From Chiloscyllium plagiosum (lineage: Eukaryota), in NCBI RefSeq assembly GCF_004010195.1, contig NC_057719.1, positions 93,733,151-93,753,150 of the forward strand: a stretch of DNA of 20,000 nt, written 5' to 3'. Below, in pieces: positions 8,990-19,465 of the stretch. Position 1 is the stretch's first letter; each line of letters starts with the position of its first letter. Position numbers and translations under genes: made by a program. Under the pieces are notes generated by a model. That model did no database searches. It saw only the letters and a list, made by a program, of their open reading frames with translations, and was not told where the DNA came from.

Positions 8990-10619
8990 TAAACCATCTG
9001 GACTATAGCCTGGTGTTGTGTGATTTTTACCTTGACCCAATCAACTCCTGCTCGATCCTGCTGAATGGGCCCAAAATTGGCCCAGTTCCAGTTTAAGACC
9101 TAAATCTGTCAACCTGTCTGATCTTTTTCCATAACTATGTTAAAACAAAGACAGTTGTGGTCACTGGACGCAATGTGCTCTCCGACTTATATTTCAGTCA
9201 CTTGCCTGACCTCGATTTCTGAGGGAAGGTCCAGTGTTGCATCCGCCTGAGTAGTGTACAGCCCTCTACGCCTTGGTTTAGGACACTTTCTTGGACATAG
9301 TTTACAAATTCCACCCCGTACGGTCCTTTTACACTCTGGGTGACCCAGTTAATCCAGGGGAAGTTAAAGTCTCCAACCAATACTACTCTATTATTTTTCT
9401 AGGTACCTGCAAACTCACTACACATTTGCTCCTCTCGTACCTGGCTCTAAAGAGTCTAGAACACGATCCCAGCAGACTGACCATCCCCTTTTTGTTTTTA
9501 ACTTTTAAACATATGACCTCATTTGATGACTGCTTAATAGTATTATCTCTAAGCACTGTTGTTATGTCCTTCTTAATCAAAAGGACAACCCCCCCTCCTC
9601 ACTTACTTGTCCTTCTGTCACGCCTGGAGTTTCTGTATCCTGAACACTGAGCTGCCAGTCCTGCCCTTCTCTCAGCCATGTTTCTGTTATGGCTATAATA
9701 TCCCAGTTCCCAGAGGTAATCCATGCTCTGAGCTCGTCAGCCCTACCAGTCAGGCTTCGTGTGTTGAAATAAATGCCCTTTAAAACAGAAGTCTTTTCCC
9801 TCCCTCGATGTGCCCGTGGATATCCTGAATAGGAAACTTGCTCTTGATGGCTGATGTATTTCCCCTGACTTTTCGATGGTCCCTCTCTTACTCAGAGTCA
9901 CAACTCCCTACCAAACTAGTTTAAATCCTCCTGGGTAGCAAATCTCCTCCCTCGGATACTGGTGCCCCTCTGCTTCAAGTGCAAACCATCCTCTTTGTAC
10001 AGGTCACATCTACCCCAGAAGAGATCCCAATGACCCAAGAACTGAAAACCCTGCCCCCTTCACCTGCTCCTCTGCCACACATCCATCCGGCCTAACTTTC
10101 TATTTCTATCCTCACTGGCACGTGGCATTGGGAGTAATCTGGAGATCATTAACGTCAATATCCTGTTTTCTTAACTGCTCACCTAACTCCCTGTACTCAT
10201 TTCACAGGACCCCATCCCTTTCTCTACCTCTGTCATGTAGGCCGATGTGCACAATGACCTCTGGCTGTTCACCCTCCCCTTCAGAATGTTCAGTAACTGC
10301 TCAGACACATCCTTGACCCTGGTACACGGGAGGCAGCACACCATCCTGGGGGCTCTTCTGCAGCCACACAAACTCTTGTCTGTCTCCCTCACAATGGAGT
10401 CTCCTATCAGTATCACTATTATTGGAGAGGATCTGGCAAACAGAGACAGGGAGGAACTCCCTGAAGTTGGGTCCATATTAGGAAAGTGCTGTATTTTAAA
10501 GTGATACAGTGAGAACGCAGGGCCAGTGTGCTCTTTGAAGACTGAATAGTAAAGGCAGCAAGTACAGCGAATACTGATCAAGTAATAACGCGAATTTGCT
10601 AAAGAAAATACAGTGCAAT

Positions 10620-11660
10620 AAAATTAGGTGAAGCCCTTCACAGGTATAGAGAGTGCAAGGGGACTGTGGAAAATGGGGGACAAACAATGGTCATGAAATA
10701 TATTTGGCAGATACGATTGCGGAAAAGCCATAGGTATTTTATCAGCATCGTGAGTGGAAGACGATTCCCAGCGAAAGAGGGAGGCTGTGAGAAACCAAAA
10801 GCACAATCTGTGCATGGAGCCAGAGGAAGTAGGTGAAGTCTTCAATGTACACTTCCCATCTGTATTCACACAGGAGAAAGGCATTGTAGCCGGGGATTTC
10901 ACTTGGGATGATGATGTTCCCGAACATGTTAAGATCAATAAGGAGGGGGTATTAAGTATTTTCACAGGCATAAAGTTGGAGAAATCTCCAGTACCCAATG
11001 AAATGTATCCCAGGCTGCTATGGGAGGTAAGGGAAGAGATTGCTGGCGCCCTGGTGGATATATTTAATACTTTGCTGGCCACAGATGAAGTGTCGAATGA
11101 CTGGAGGATAGCTAACGTGGTTCCTTTATTCAAGAAGGGTAACAGGGATAGGCCAGGTAATTACAGAGCAGATAGTCTGACAGCAGTGGGAGAGAAATTG
11201 GGAACAATTCTGTGGGACAAGTTGAATCAATAACTGGAAAGGCAGGGATCAATTAGTGATAGTCAGCATGAATTTGGAAGAGGAAGATAATGTCTGATGA
11301 AATCAGCTGAGATTTCTTTGAAATTACGATTGAAGATATTAATGAGGGCAGTGTAGATGTTATGGTTTACATGGAGTTCATTAAGGCCTTTGACAAGGTC
11401 CCGCATGGATGGCCGGTCCAAAAGGCCCATGGGATCCAAGGCAAGTTGGCAAATTGGATCCAAAATTGTTGGAGGGTTGTTTTTGTGATTGAAAGCCTTT
11501 GCCCAGCGCGTGTACCACAGGTATCTGTGCAGGAACCATTGCTGTTCATTATCGGCATTAAATCACTCGGATGTGAAAGCAGAAGATATCATGAGCAGGT
11601 TAGCAGATGATATGAAAGGTGAGGGTGTTGTCAGCAGTGAGGGGGATGGTCTCAGGCTAC
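10620..11660 (+). mobile_element. CR1 LINE ORF2 internal fragment (tether plus RT), 3' end missing
   Basis: ORFs KSPVPNEMYPRLLWE..DWRIANVVPLFKKGNRDRPGNYR, VYMEFIKAFDKVPH, LADDMK. Confidence 0.93.
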
Positions 11661-13049
11661 TGTCTGAAGGTTGAGATTGGAATAGAATTTCGAGAGAGTC
11701 ATTTCAATCGACAAGCCAGGCAATGAGGGAAAACTGATCAAATAAGCTGCATTTACTTCAATGTAAAAGGCCTGACAGGTTATACAGATGAACCCATGGC
11801 AGAAATGGGAGCATGGGACAGGGAGATCACAGGGTTTACAGAAGCCCAGCTGAGGGACGGATTGGACAGGCTGCTCAATTTTCCCTGGACAAATGCTATA
11901 GGAAGGACAGAAGGGGAGGCAAGAGAGGAGGAGGATTGGTGTTTTTGATCAATTAAACCATCACTGCAGCGCTTAGAGAGGATATTCCTGGGGATCTCCC
12001 AGTGAAGCGGTATTACTAGAACTGAGAAATACGGCTGGATGATCAGTTTGATATGACGGTACTACAGGCCCGCAGTAGTCAGCGGGAAATTGAGCAGCAA
12101 ATACGTCGGAGATCTCAGATACCTTTAAGAATGATAGGTTTGTAATGGTCGGGGATTTTAACTTTCTAAACCTAGACAAGGACAGCCAGAATGTTTCAGA
12201 GCTTGGATAGGAGGAATTTGCTCAGTGTGTTTAAGAAAACTATCTCAGTCAGTATGTAAGTGGTCTGACTGAAGAAAGGGATGAAACGTGACCTCCCTTC
12301 GGGAAACAAGGGAGAGAAAGAGGCTGAAGTGTTTGTGGGGGAGCACTTTGGCAAAGTCACCACAATTCTATTAGTTTGAAAATAGCAATGGAAAAGGCCT
12401 GGTCCACAAGTACAAGATCAAAATTGGCCTTGTCCCAGTCCAAAAGGTATTAGGCAAGACCGTCCAAAAGTTGATTCATGGAGGCTGTTTGCAAGTAAAG
12501 GGACGTCGGGCAAGTGGGATTCTTTCAAAAGATAGATAACGTACTATTTCAGGGGCAGCATATTCCTGTTAGCTTGGAGGACAATGCTGACACAAGTGGG
12601 ATGACTGGGGATATTGAGGTTCTGGTCAAGACAAAAGGGGGCACACGTCATATAAAGCCAGCTGGATTAAGTCAATCCCTTGAAGAACATTGTGGGTGTA
12701 GTAATACTCTTAAGAGGGAAATCATGAGGGCATAAAGGGGAACTGGCAGAGAAGGTTCAGGAAAATCCAAAGAGATTCCACAAGAATATTAGCAACAGAA
12801 GATTAACTCGAGACAGAATGTGACCCCTTAAAGATCAATGAAGCCATCCGTGTGTGAACCCACAGGCAATGGGTGAAATCCGAAACAAAAATTTCAAGTC
12901 AGAACTTACTGTGGAAAAAACACTGGGGAAGCAGGGAAATAAACAGTGATGTATTCAATAGAGTCCACATTGGAGAACAGGAGGTGCTGAACGTTTTAAA
13001 ACGCATTAAAATTGTTGTGGTTCTGTTCGCCGAGCTGGGAATTTGTGTT

Positions 13050-13089
13050 GCAGACGTTTCGTCCCCTGTCTAGGTGACATCCTCAGTGC
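13050..13089 (-). ncRNA. Minimal type I hammerhead ribozyme motif of PLE
   Basis: gca-CTGAGGA-t-GTCACCT-agac-AGGGGAC-GAAAC-GTC-tgc: CUGANGA and GAAA cores, stem II, palindromic ACGU stem III, GUC cleavage triplet, 3-bp stem I. Confidence 0.75.
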
Positions 13090-13654
13090 TTGGGAGCGTC
13101 CTGTGAAGCGCTTCTGTGATGTTTCCTCCGGCACTTATAGTGGTTTGTCTCTGTCGCTTCCGGTTGTCAGTTCCAGCTGTCCGTTGCAGTAGACGGTATA
13201 TTGGGTCCAGGTCGATGTGCTCATTGATTGAATCTGTCGATGAGTGCCATGCCTCCAGGAATTCCCTGGCTGTTCTCTGTTTGGCTTGTCCTAAAATAGT
13301 AGTGTTGTCCCAGTGGAACTCATGTTGCTTGTCATCTGAGCGTGTGGCTACAAAGGATAGCTGGTCGTGTCGTTTCGTGGCTAGTCGGTGTTCATGGATG
13401 TGGATCGTTAGCTGTCTTCCTGTTTGTCCTATGTAGTAATTTGTGCAGTCCTAGCATGGGGTTTAGTACACTACATTGTACACTACATAGAGGTATGGCA
13501 CTCATCCACAGATTCAATCAATAAGCACATCGACCTGGACCCAATATACCGACACTACAACGGACAGCTGGAACTGACAACCAGAAGCGGCGGAGACAAA
13601 CCACCATAAATGCCGGAGGGAAGATCACAGAAACGCTTCACAATGGGCTCCCAA

Positions 13655-13694
13655 GCACTGAGGATGTCACCGAGACAGGGGACGAAACGTATGC
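13655..13694 (+). ncRNA. Minimal type I hammerhead ribozyme motif, second (inverted) copy
   Basis: gca-CTGAGGA-t-GTCACCG-agac-AGGGGAC-GAAAC-GTA-tgc; GUA triplet. Confidence 0.7.
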
Positions 13695-14382
13695 AACACA
13701 AATTCCCAGCTCGGCGAATAGAACCACAACAACGAGCTACAAATCTTCTCACAAACTTTGAACGCATTAAAATTAGACAACTCCCTGGGAACTAATCAAG
13801 TACATCCCAGGACATTGGGGTAAGTTAGGGAAGAAACTTTCAAAGATATTTCTATCTCTGACCACCATGGGTGGTGAGCTGGGAGCTTGGAGGGTGGCTA
13901 ATGTTGTGCCAGTGTTTAGGAAAGGCTGTGAGGGAAAGCCATGAACATAAACACCAATTAGCTTGATGTCAGTGGTGCCAATGTTGTTGGAAGCAATTCC
14001 GTGGAACAGGACTTACATGCATTTGGAAAGGCAACGATTGATTAGGGATAGTCAGCACAGCTTCGTGCATATAAAGTCGTGTTTCTCAAACTTGATAGAG
14101 TTTGTTGAAGAGGTGACCAAGAAGATGGATGAAGGCAGAGCAGTAGACATTGTCTATCCTGACTTCAGCAAGGCCTTAGACAGGGTTTAGCCTGGTCCAC
14201 TGGTTAGTAAGGTTAGATCACATTGGATCAGGGAGAGCGAGACAAACGGACACAGAATTGGCTTGACAGTAGGAGACAGAGGGTAGTGGGAGAGGGTTGT
14301 TGTGCAGACTGGGGGCTTCTGCCCTGCGGTGTGCTATAAGCATTGGTGCTGGGGCCACTCATGTGTATTATTGACATAAACG

Positions 14383-14610
14383 NNNNNNNNNNNNNNNNNN
14401 NNNNNNNNNNNNNNNNNNNNNNNNNNNNNNNNNNNNNNNNNNNNNNNNNNNNNNNNNNNNNNNNNNNNNNNNNNNNNNNNNNNNNNNNNNNNNNNNNNNN
14501 NNNNNNNNNNNNNNNNNNNNNNNNNNNNNNNNNNNNNNNNNNNNNNNNNNNNNNNNNNNNNNNNNNNNNNNNNNNNNNNNNNNNNNNNNNNNNNNNNNNN
14601 NNNNNNNNNN
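14383..14610. other. Assembly gap (228 N)
   Basis: Run of N. Confidence 1.
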
Positions 14611-14910
14611 GATAAGGTTAAGGAGAATCCAAAGAGATTCTACAGCATACAAGTACAATATAGCAACTAGAGAGACAATATAGCGCCTCAAAGATCAATG
14701 AGGCCATCCATGCATGGAACCACAGGAGATGGGCGTGACCCGAAATAAATATTTCATGCAGAACGTATTGTGGACAAAGACTAGGAAACAAAAGGAAAGA
14801 AACAGTGATGTCTTGAAAAGAGTCCCCCTTACAGAAGAAGTGATGCTGGAGGTCTTAGAACTCAAAGGTAGAGAAAGCCCTAGGTCCCGAACAAGTGTAT
14901 CCCAGAACAT
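14611..14910 (+). mobile_element. CR1 ORF2 fragment paralogous to 12750-13013 plus 13775-13820
   Basis: AATCCAAAGAGATTC..AAAGATCAATGA.GCCATCC..CCACAGG..AAACAGTGATGT shared; ORF MEPQEMG..EEVMLEVL. Confidence 0.88.
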
Positions 14911-14979
14911 TGTGGCAATGTTTGTCACGGTCCCCACTGAGAGATTTTGGATCATTATCCTTCGTATTTCCATTGGGTG

Positions 14980-15358
14980 TAGGTGGCTGAGGGGTGCCCT
15001 TATAAAGATTTATAAAAACATGAGTGGTATACGTCGGTTGAATAGTGAAGGTCTCTACCCAAGGGTAGGGGAATCCATAACTAGAGTGCAAAAATATGAG
15101 TTGGGAGAGGAAATACTTAAAAGCGACCAGGGGAGCACATTTCCACACAGAGAATGGTGCACATATTGAATGAGCTGCCGCTGAAGTGGTAGAGAAAAGT
15201 ATCAATTACATCATGGAAAAGACATTTGGGCAGGTACATGGAGAGGAGAAGGTTTGACGGGATATGGAACAAACACAGGCAAATGCGACTCGTTCAGGAA
15301 CCGTGGTCTGCATGGACGAGTTGGATCGAAGGAACCGTTTCTGTTCTGCATGGCTCTT
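14980..15358 (+). mobile_element. CR1 LINE 3' end
   Basis: RWLRGALIKIYK.M motif, TTTCCACACAGAGAATGGTG, and 3' UTR GCATGGACGAGTTGGATCGAAGG..TTTCTGTTCTGCATGGCTCT. Confidence 0.88.
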
Positions 15359-15369
15359 TCTCCAGTTAT

Positions 15370-15522
15370 TGGAGGAGGGACTACTGAGACAAGGCATGTT
15401 GTAGTCACTGAAGCAAGTTACAGCCATGGAGATGGTACTCTGGAATGCAGTATACTTCAAATATGTGGAGGGATTATCAGGAAGGGAGGAGTTTACAGGG
15501 GCATGAACTGTTATAGGAGTTA
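15370..15522 (+). repeat. Degenerate ~35-bp purine-rich repeat remnant
   Basis: TGGAGGAGGGACTACTGAGACAAGG, CTGAAGCAAGTTACAGCCATGGAG, TGGAGGGATTATCAGGAAGGGAGG. Confidence 0.55.
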
Positions 15523-15577
15523 AAATTTATTGAAGACACTGGTCCACGAGACATGGTATATGTACAGTGTTGGAGGG

Positions 15578-15870
15578 GGAACACAGACAGAAAGATCCCA
15601 GGCAGCACTCCCACACACTCATGGGAAGCCTGCTTTCCCCTTTGTTATACTGATGTTCACTAAGACATCAGTAGCCTGAATTGATAACTGTGACACTCCC
15701 AATGCTGTCTCAGTGCAACAAAACTTACAGTAGGGGTGTGTCTGTACTGTGCTCCCCCTCTAGAACTGTATGAAGTCATGTCTTGTTAGCCGATATTTGG
15801 AGCCCTCTCATTACTCTCTGCTCTGTGCACTGTGAGTAATCTTAGCTCACTGCTGGATTTATTGAAGGCT
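15578..15870. repeat. Non-TE block of segmental duplication, copy 2
   Basis: Colinear with 70-395; offset 15475 at GAAGGCT; truncated by the gap. Confidence 0.9.
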
Positions 15871-16855
15871 NNNNNNNNNNNNNNNNNNNNNNNNNNNNNN
15901 NNNNNNNNNNNNNNNNNNNNNNNNNNNNNNNNNNNNNNNNNNNNNNNNNNNNNNNNNNNNNNNNNNNNNNNNNNNNNNNNNNNNNNNNNNNNNNNNNNNN
16001 NNNNNNNNNNNNNNNNNNNNNNNNNNNNNNNNNNNNNNNNNNNNNNNNNNNNNNNNNNNNNNNNNNNNNNNNNNNNNNNNNNNNNNNNNNNNNNNNNNNN
16101 NNNNNNNNNNNNNNNNNNNNNNNNNNNNNNNNNNNNNNNNNNNNNNNNNNNNNNNNNNNNNNNNNNNNNNNNNNNNNNNNNNNNNNNNNNNNNNNNNNNN
16201 NNNNNNNNNNNNNNNNNNNNNNNNNNNNNNNNNNNNNNNNNNNNNNNNNNNNNNNNNNNNNNNNNNNNNNNNNNNNNNNNNNNNNNNNNNNNNNNNNNNN
16301 NNNNNNNNNNNNNNNNNNNNNNNNNNNNNNNNNNNNNNNNNNNNNNNNNNNNNNNNNNNNNNNNNNNNNNNNNNNNNNNNNNNNNNNNNNNNNNNNNNNN
16401 NNNNNNNNNNNNNNNNNNNNNNNNNNNNNNNNNNNNNNNNNNNNNNNNNNNNNNNNNNNNNNNNNNNNNNNNNNNNNNNNNNNNNNNNNNNNNNNNNNNN
16501 NNNNNNNNNNNNNNNNNNNNNNNNNNNNNNNNNNNNNNNNNNNNNNNNNNNNNNNNNNNNNNNNNNNNNNNNNNNNNNNNNNNNNNNNNNNNNNNNNNNN
16601 NNNNNNNNNNNNNNNNNNNNNNNNNNNNNNNNNNNNNNNNNNNNNNNNNNNNNNNNNNNNNNNNNNNNNNNNNNNNNNNNNNNNNNNNNNNNNNNNNNNN
16701 NNNNNNNNNNNNNNNNNNNNNNNNNNNNNNNNNNNNNNNNNNNNNNNNNNNNNNNNNNNNNNNNNNNNNNNNNNNNNNNNNNNNNNNNNNNNNNNNNNNN
16801 NNNNNNNNNNNNNNNNNNNNNNNNNNNNNNNNNNNNNNNNNNNNNNNNNNNNNNN
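15871..16855. other. Assembly gap (985 N)
   Basis: Run of N. Confidence 1.
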
Positions 16856-16861
16856 GTGAGC

Positions 16862-17231
16862 AGGCGAAGTGATGGCCTAGTGATATTGTTGCTACAGCAT
16901 GTATCCCAAACCTCAGCTAATGTTCAGGGTAGAAGATTTGAACCCCATCATCTGAAATGGTGGAATTTGAAATAAATTATTTTTAAAATAGTATTTGACA
17001 ATCCATCAATGCCATTATTGATGTACAATAACTCCAAACACTTCTGCTTTCAAGAAGGACATCGGTCCATCCTGACGTGGTCTGCATGACATACCCACAG
17101 CAAAGTGTTTGCCTCTCAATTACCCTCTTAAATGGCCGAGCAAGTTACTCAGCTGAACAGCAGCTAATGCTGGGCAAGAAAGTTTGGTCAGCCAGAGACA
17201 GCCATATCGCATGCTTGATTTTTTTTAAAAA
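16862..17231 (+). mobile_element. tRNA-derived SINE, near full length, decayed (same insertion site as 858-1135)
   Basis: A-box-like TGGCCTAGTG and B-box-like GATTTGAACCCC; body CCCTCTTAAATGGCCGAGCAAGTTACTCAG; 3' CAGCCAGAGACAGC shared with copy 1. Confidence 0.8.
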
Positions 17232-18460
17232 ATACATTCCGATGGTCCGACTGGAACTGTGCTGGGGCCAGTGTCCTGGACAATCATGTCGGTAGGTTTA
17301 TGGACAGGGCTGTAAACTGACAGAGAGGATGCAGGGATATGGTTCAGGTGAAAGGAGCTTTCCAAATCCAAAGAGGTAAGGTGACGGATCAGAACGGCAT
17401 GGGGAATGTGGCCGTAGACAAGCAGAAACAAACAGGATGGGACAGAGTTTAACTAAAACTATACATCAGCGAATCGATTTGTGACAGGACATTGTGGGAA
17501 AGAGTAAATTATGTTTTTGTTGGAATGAACAAAGTCGCTTCAATAAGGTGGATGGATTTGTGACACAGAGTCGAACAAAAGGTGGAACATAAATATTTCA
17601 TAGTTCACAAACTTGCGGAAACTCGGGCAAAATGGGCAACGCTAACAATAATGGATAACAAAGGCATTACAGAGAAAGAATTTGGTCTCAAATCATGAAG
17701 TAGAGTCAGTCTGCATATAATTCTGGCTACTACTTGCCAAGGACACAAGCAGCAAAACAGTTTTCGCACCGAACAGCATTCTCTTGCTCATCACTGCATT
17801 AAACAGGAACTTTGGAACTTTTAATAAAGGTACTGTGATAATTTTGTGAAACTTCAACATTCATATAATCTTGACAATAATGCTGACAAGAGTGATATTC
17901 GAAGAGGAGATTGTAGAATTCTTTTTCAGTGTTCCTTTGAATAACACATTGTGCAACTGGATATGGACATTACTATCTCAGACCGACCGTTTGTGATGAA
18001 ACGTAGTGAATGAGTAATGTCACGAAAGTTGGAGGAGTTGTTGACAGTGAGGAAGGATGTGGCAGGTTACAGCAGGATATAGAGAAGCTGCAGAGCTGGG
18101 CAGAAAGGTGCAAATTGTGATAAAGTGCAGTTTAAAGAAATATAAAGTTTTAAAGAGAATCACAGAAAGGACAAGCTGCAACTAGAAACAAAAACAGCCA
18201 ATTACATGAGTTTGAGCGGAGAACTAACCAAGTTAACATGTAAAACAGACTGAAACATGTGTCTGTAAATGAACAGTGGAAAACATTTGAAGGAACAGTG
18301 TAAAATACTCAACAAAAGGGTATTCCACTGAAACAGACAAAACCTCAGCAAGAAATTCCCTCCCATCCCTCAGTCAGGACAAAATGGATCATTTTAGATT
18401 ATGAGGCTGAGAAGATCACCACAAAGTACTTAAAATCCTGAAATGAGATAGAGTTTAACC
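17232..18460 (+). mobile_element. Ancient CR1 LINE, duplication copy 2 of 1136-2142, extending further 3'
   Basis: 34 identical nt at 1574-1607 vs 17645-17678 and 26 identical nt at 2117-2142 vs 18263-18288; colinear throughout. Confidence 0.85.
18021..18115 (+). mobile_element. Short internal CR1 RT fragment inserted in the older CR1
   Basis: Open frame TKVGGVVDSEEGCGRLQQDIEKLQSWAER (region just after the ADD motif); absent from copy 1 at ~1960-1978. Confidence 0.85.
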
Positions 18461-18464
18461 AGTA

Positions 18465-18667
18465 AGTGTTAGAGGGTTTGCAAAGGGTCTGCTGGCAGGA
18501 GGAGGGCAGTGGGAAGGGGAATCCTTATCAGGGTTTAATGACACGATATGAACAGGGAGAGGTGAAGGTGGTGAGAGTGTTACAGAGAGTGGTCAGAACC
18601 TGAATGGTGCTACAAAGCCAGTACGGATTGCTGCAGCTGGAGGGGTTTGCAGAGGTAGGGAGGGACA
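18465..18667 (+). repeat. Degenerate ~35-bp purine-rich repeat remnant
   Basis: GAGAGTGTTACAGAGAG and CTGGAGGGGTTTGCAGAGGTAGGGAGGG match the satellite consensus. Confidence 0.6.
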
Positions 18668-18673
18668 TCTGCA

Positions 18674-18876
18674 TTTTCATTTATTCATACATGGATTGGA
18701 CCAGTATTCTTTGCCCCCACTGCTAATTGCCAGAGGGCAGATCAGAGTCAGTTATATTGCTGTGGGTCTGGATTCACATGTAGGCCAGATCAGGTTATAA
18801 AATCAGATGTCCTTTACTAAAGGAGGTAAGTGAACCTGATGAGTTCTTCCGACTGATCAACAATGCTTTTATGGTG
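18674..18876 (-). mobile_element. tRNA-type SINE 3' half, inverted
   Basis: ATTGCTGTGGGTCTGGATTCACATGTAGGCCAGA is approximately the reverse complement of the SINE body at ~980-1012; T-rich tail at 18674. Confidence 0.85.
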
Positions 18877-19465
18877 GCCTTCCCAATGCTTTGTTCAGAC
18901 AACATGAAATCCTAACTCCAACTCTCAAGGCTCTAACTAATGAAGGTAATCATCCCAAGCGCCTGCTTCACCAGCCTGTCTACCTGTGACACCACTTTCA
19001 AAGAACTGTGTACTTGCATCCCTGGGTCGCTGACTGACAACACAACCCAGGGCCCGAACATTACAAGTCCCACCCTGGTTGTTTCACCTAAATGGAACAC
19101 TTCACATTTATCTAATTAAACTCCATCTGCTTTTCTTCAGCCCACTATCTCAGCAGTACTGTTCATCCTGTTGGATCATAGATAACTTTCTTCACTGTCC
19201 ACTTTACCACATATTTCAGTGGCACCCAAAAAACCTACTTACCAGGAAAGAAATATTCCCATCCAAACCATTTATCCAAATGACAAACAACAGTGGACCC
19301 ACTACACCGTTGGTCCCATGCTTCCAGTCAGAAAAACAACATGCCTCCCACTACCTTCTGTCTCCCATCACCAAGCCCAAATTTATATCCAGTTCACGAG
19401 CTCCTACTGAATGCCATATCCTTTTACATTTATTTGAGCTTATTACCCAGTTTACCATATGGAAC
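18877..19465 (-). mobile_element. CR1 LINE RT/C-terminal fragment, decayed
   Basis: CACATTTATCTAATTAAACTCCATCTGC and CAAA.CATTT...AATGACAAA match the minus-strand CR1 at 2900-3110. Confidence 0.88.

Larger units (their letters stand above)
7830..9032. mobile_element. Penelope-like element terminal fragments in inverted arrangement (minus arm 7830-8069; plus arm ~8070-8104 plus 8992-9032) with 9-bp TSD
   Basis: CACACAACACCAGGTTATAGTCCAG (~7888-7912) is the reverse complement of CTGGACTATAGCCTGGTGTTGTGTG (~8998-9022). TGACCCAAT at 7821-7829 and 9033-9041. CTGATGA hammerhead-like core on the minus strand. Family assignment is from recall. Confidence 0.8.
7650..10422 (-). mobile_element. CR1 LINE 5' portion (ORF1 SGNH/GDSL esterase plus ORF2 AP-endonuclease), split by a PLE/MITE insertion at 7830-9032
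   Basis: Minus-strand ORFs ILIGDSIVRETD..RMVCCLP..RVKDVSE (ORF1 esterase) and MVGDFNFPWINW..EFVNYVQES (endonuclease). 7650-7829 matches the CR1 region at 4070-4225. Confidence 0.92.
13014..13760 (-). mobile_element. Penelope-like element: GIY-YIG endonuclease C-terminus and 3' end on minus strand, plus an inverted plus-strand copy of the terminal ~270 bp
   Basis: Minus-strand translation NVVY*TPC*DCTNYYIGQTGRQLTIHIHEH..REFLEAWH..HIDLDPIY (GIY-YIG). Inverted arms 13012-13255 and 13490-13732. TSD AACGCATTAAAATT at 13000-13013 and 13761-13774. Confidence 0.93.
11661..14382 (+). mobile_element. CR1 LINE ORF2 (endonuclease through RT), decayed, split by a PLE at 13014-13760, runs into gap
   Basis: TGCATTTACTTCAATG (CIYFN, ~11748), GTAATGGTCGGGGATTTTAACTTT (VMVGDFNF), LIRDSQHSFV..KSCFSNLIEF..VDIVYPDFSKALDRV, VLGPLMCIIDIN. 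Confidence 0.93.

Noticed and set aside
10183..10581. Host GDSL/SGNH esterase gene
   Set aside because: It is the frameshifted ORF1 esterase remnant of the adjoining CR1, directly upstream of its endonuclease region.
10624..11133. 169-aa minus-strand ORF and similar ORFs (1333-1740, 8478-8858, 13116-13436, 19079-19507)
   Set aside because: Antisense or shadow frames of CR1/PLE sequence, or low-complexity MITE interior; no independent protein features.
15828..15834. RSS heptamer (CACTGTG/CACAGTG) and CRE-like motifs (299-305, ~15771-15778) suggesting an Ig/TCR cluster
   Set aside because: No nonamer at 12 or 23 nt, copy 1 has CACTGCG, and no leader, V or J coding sequence is visible.
15832..16872. 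346-aa ORF (also the ORFs at 14343-14691)
   Set aside because: Artefacts of N runs.
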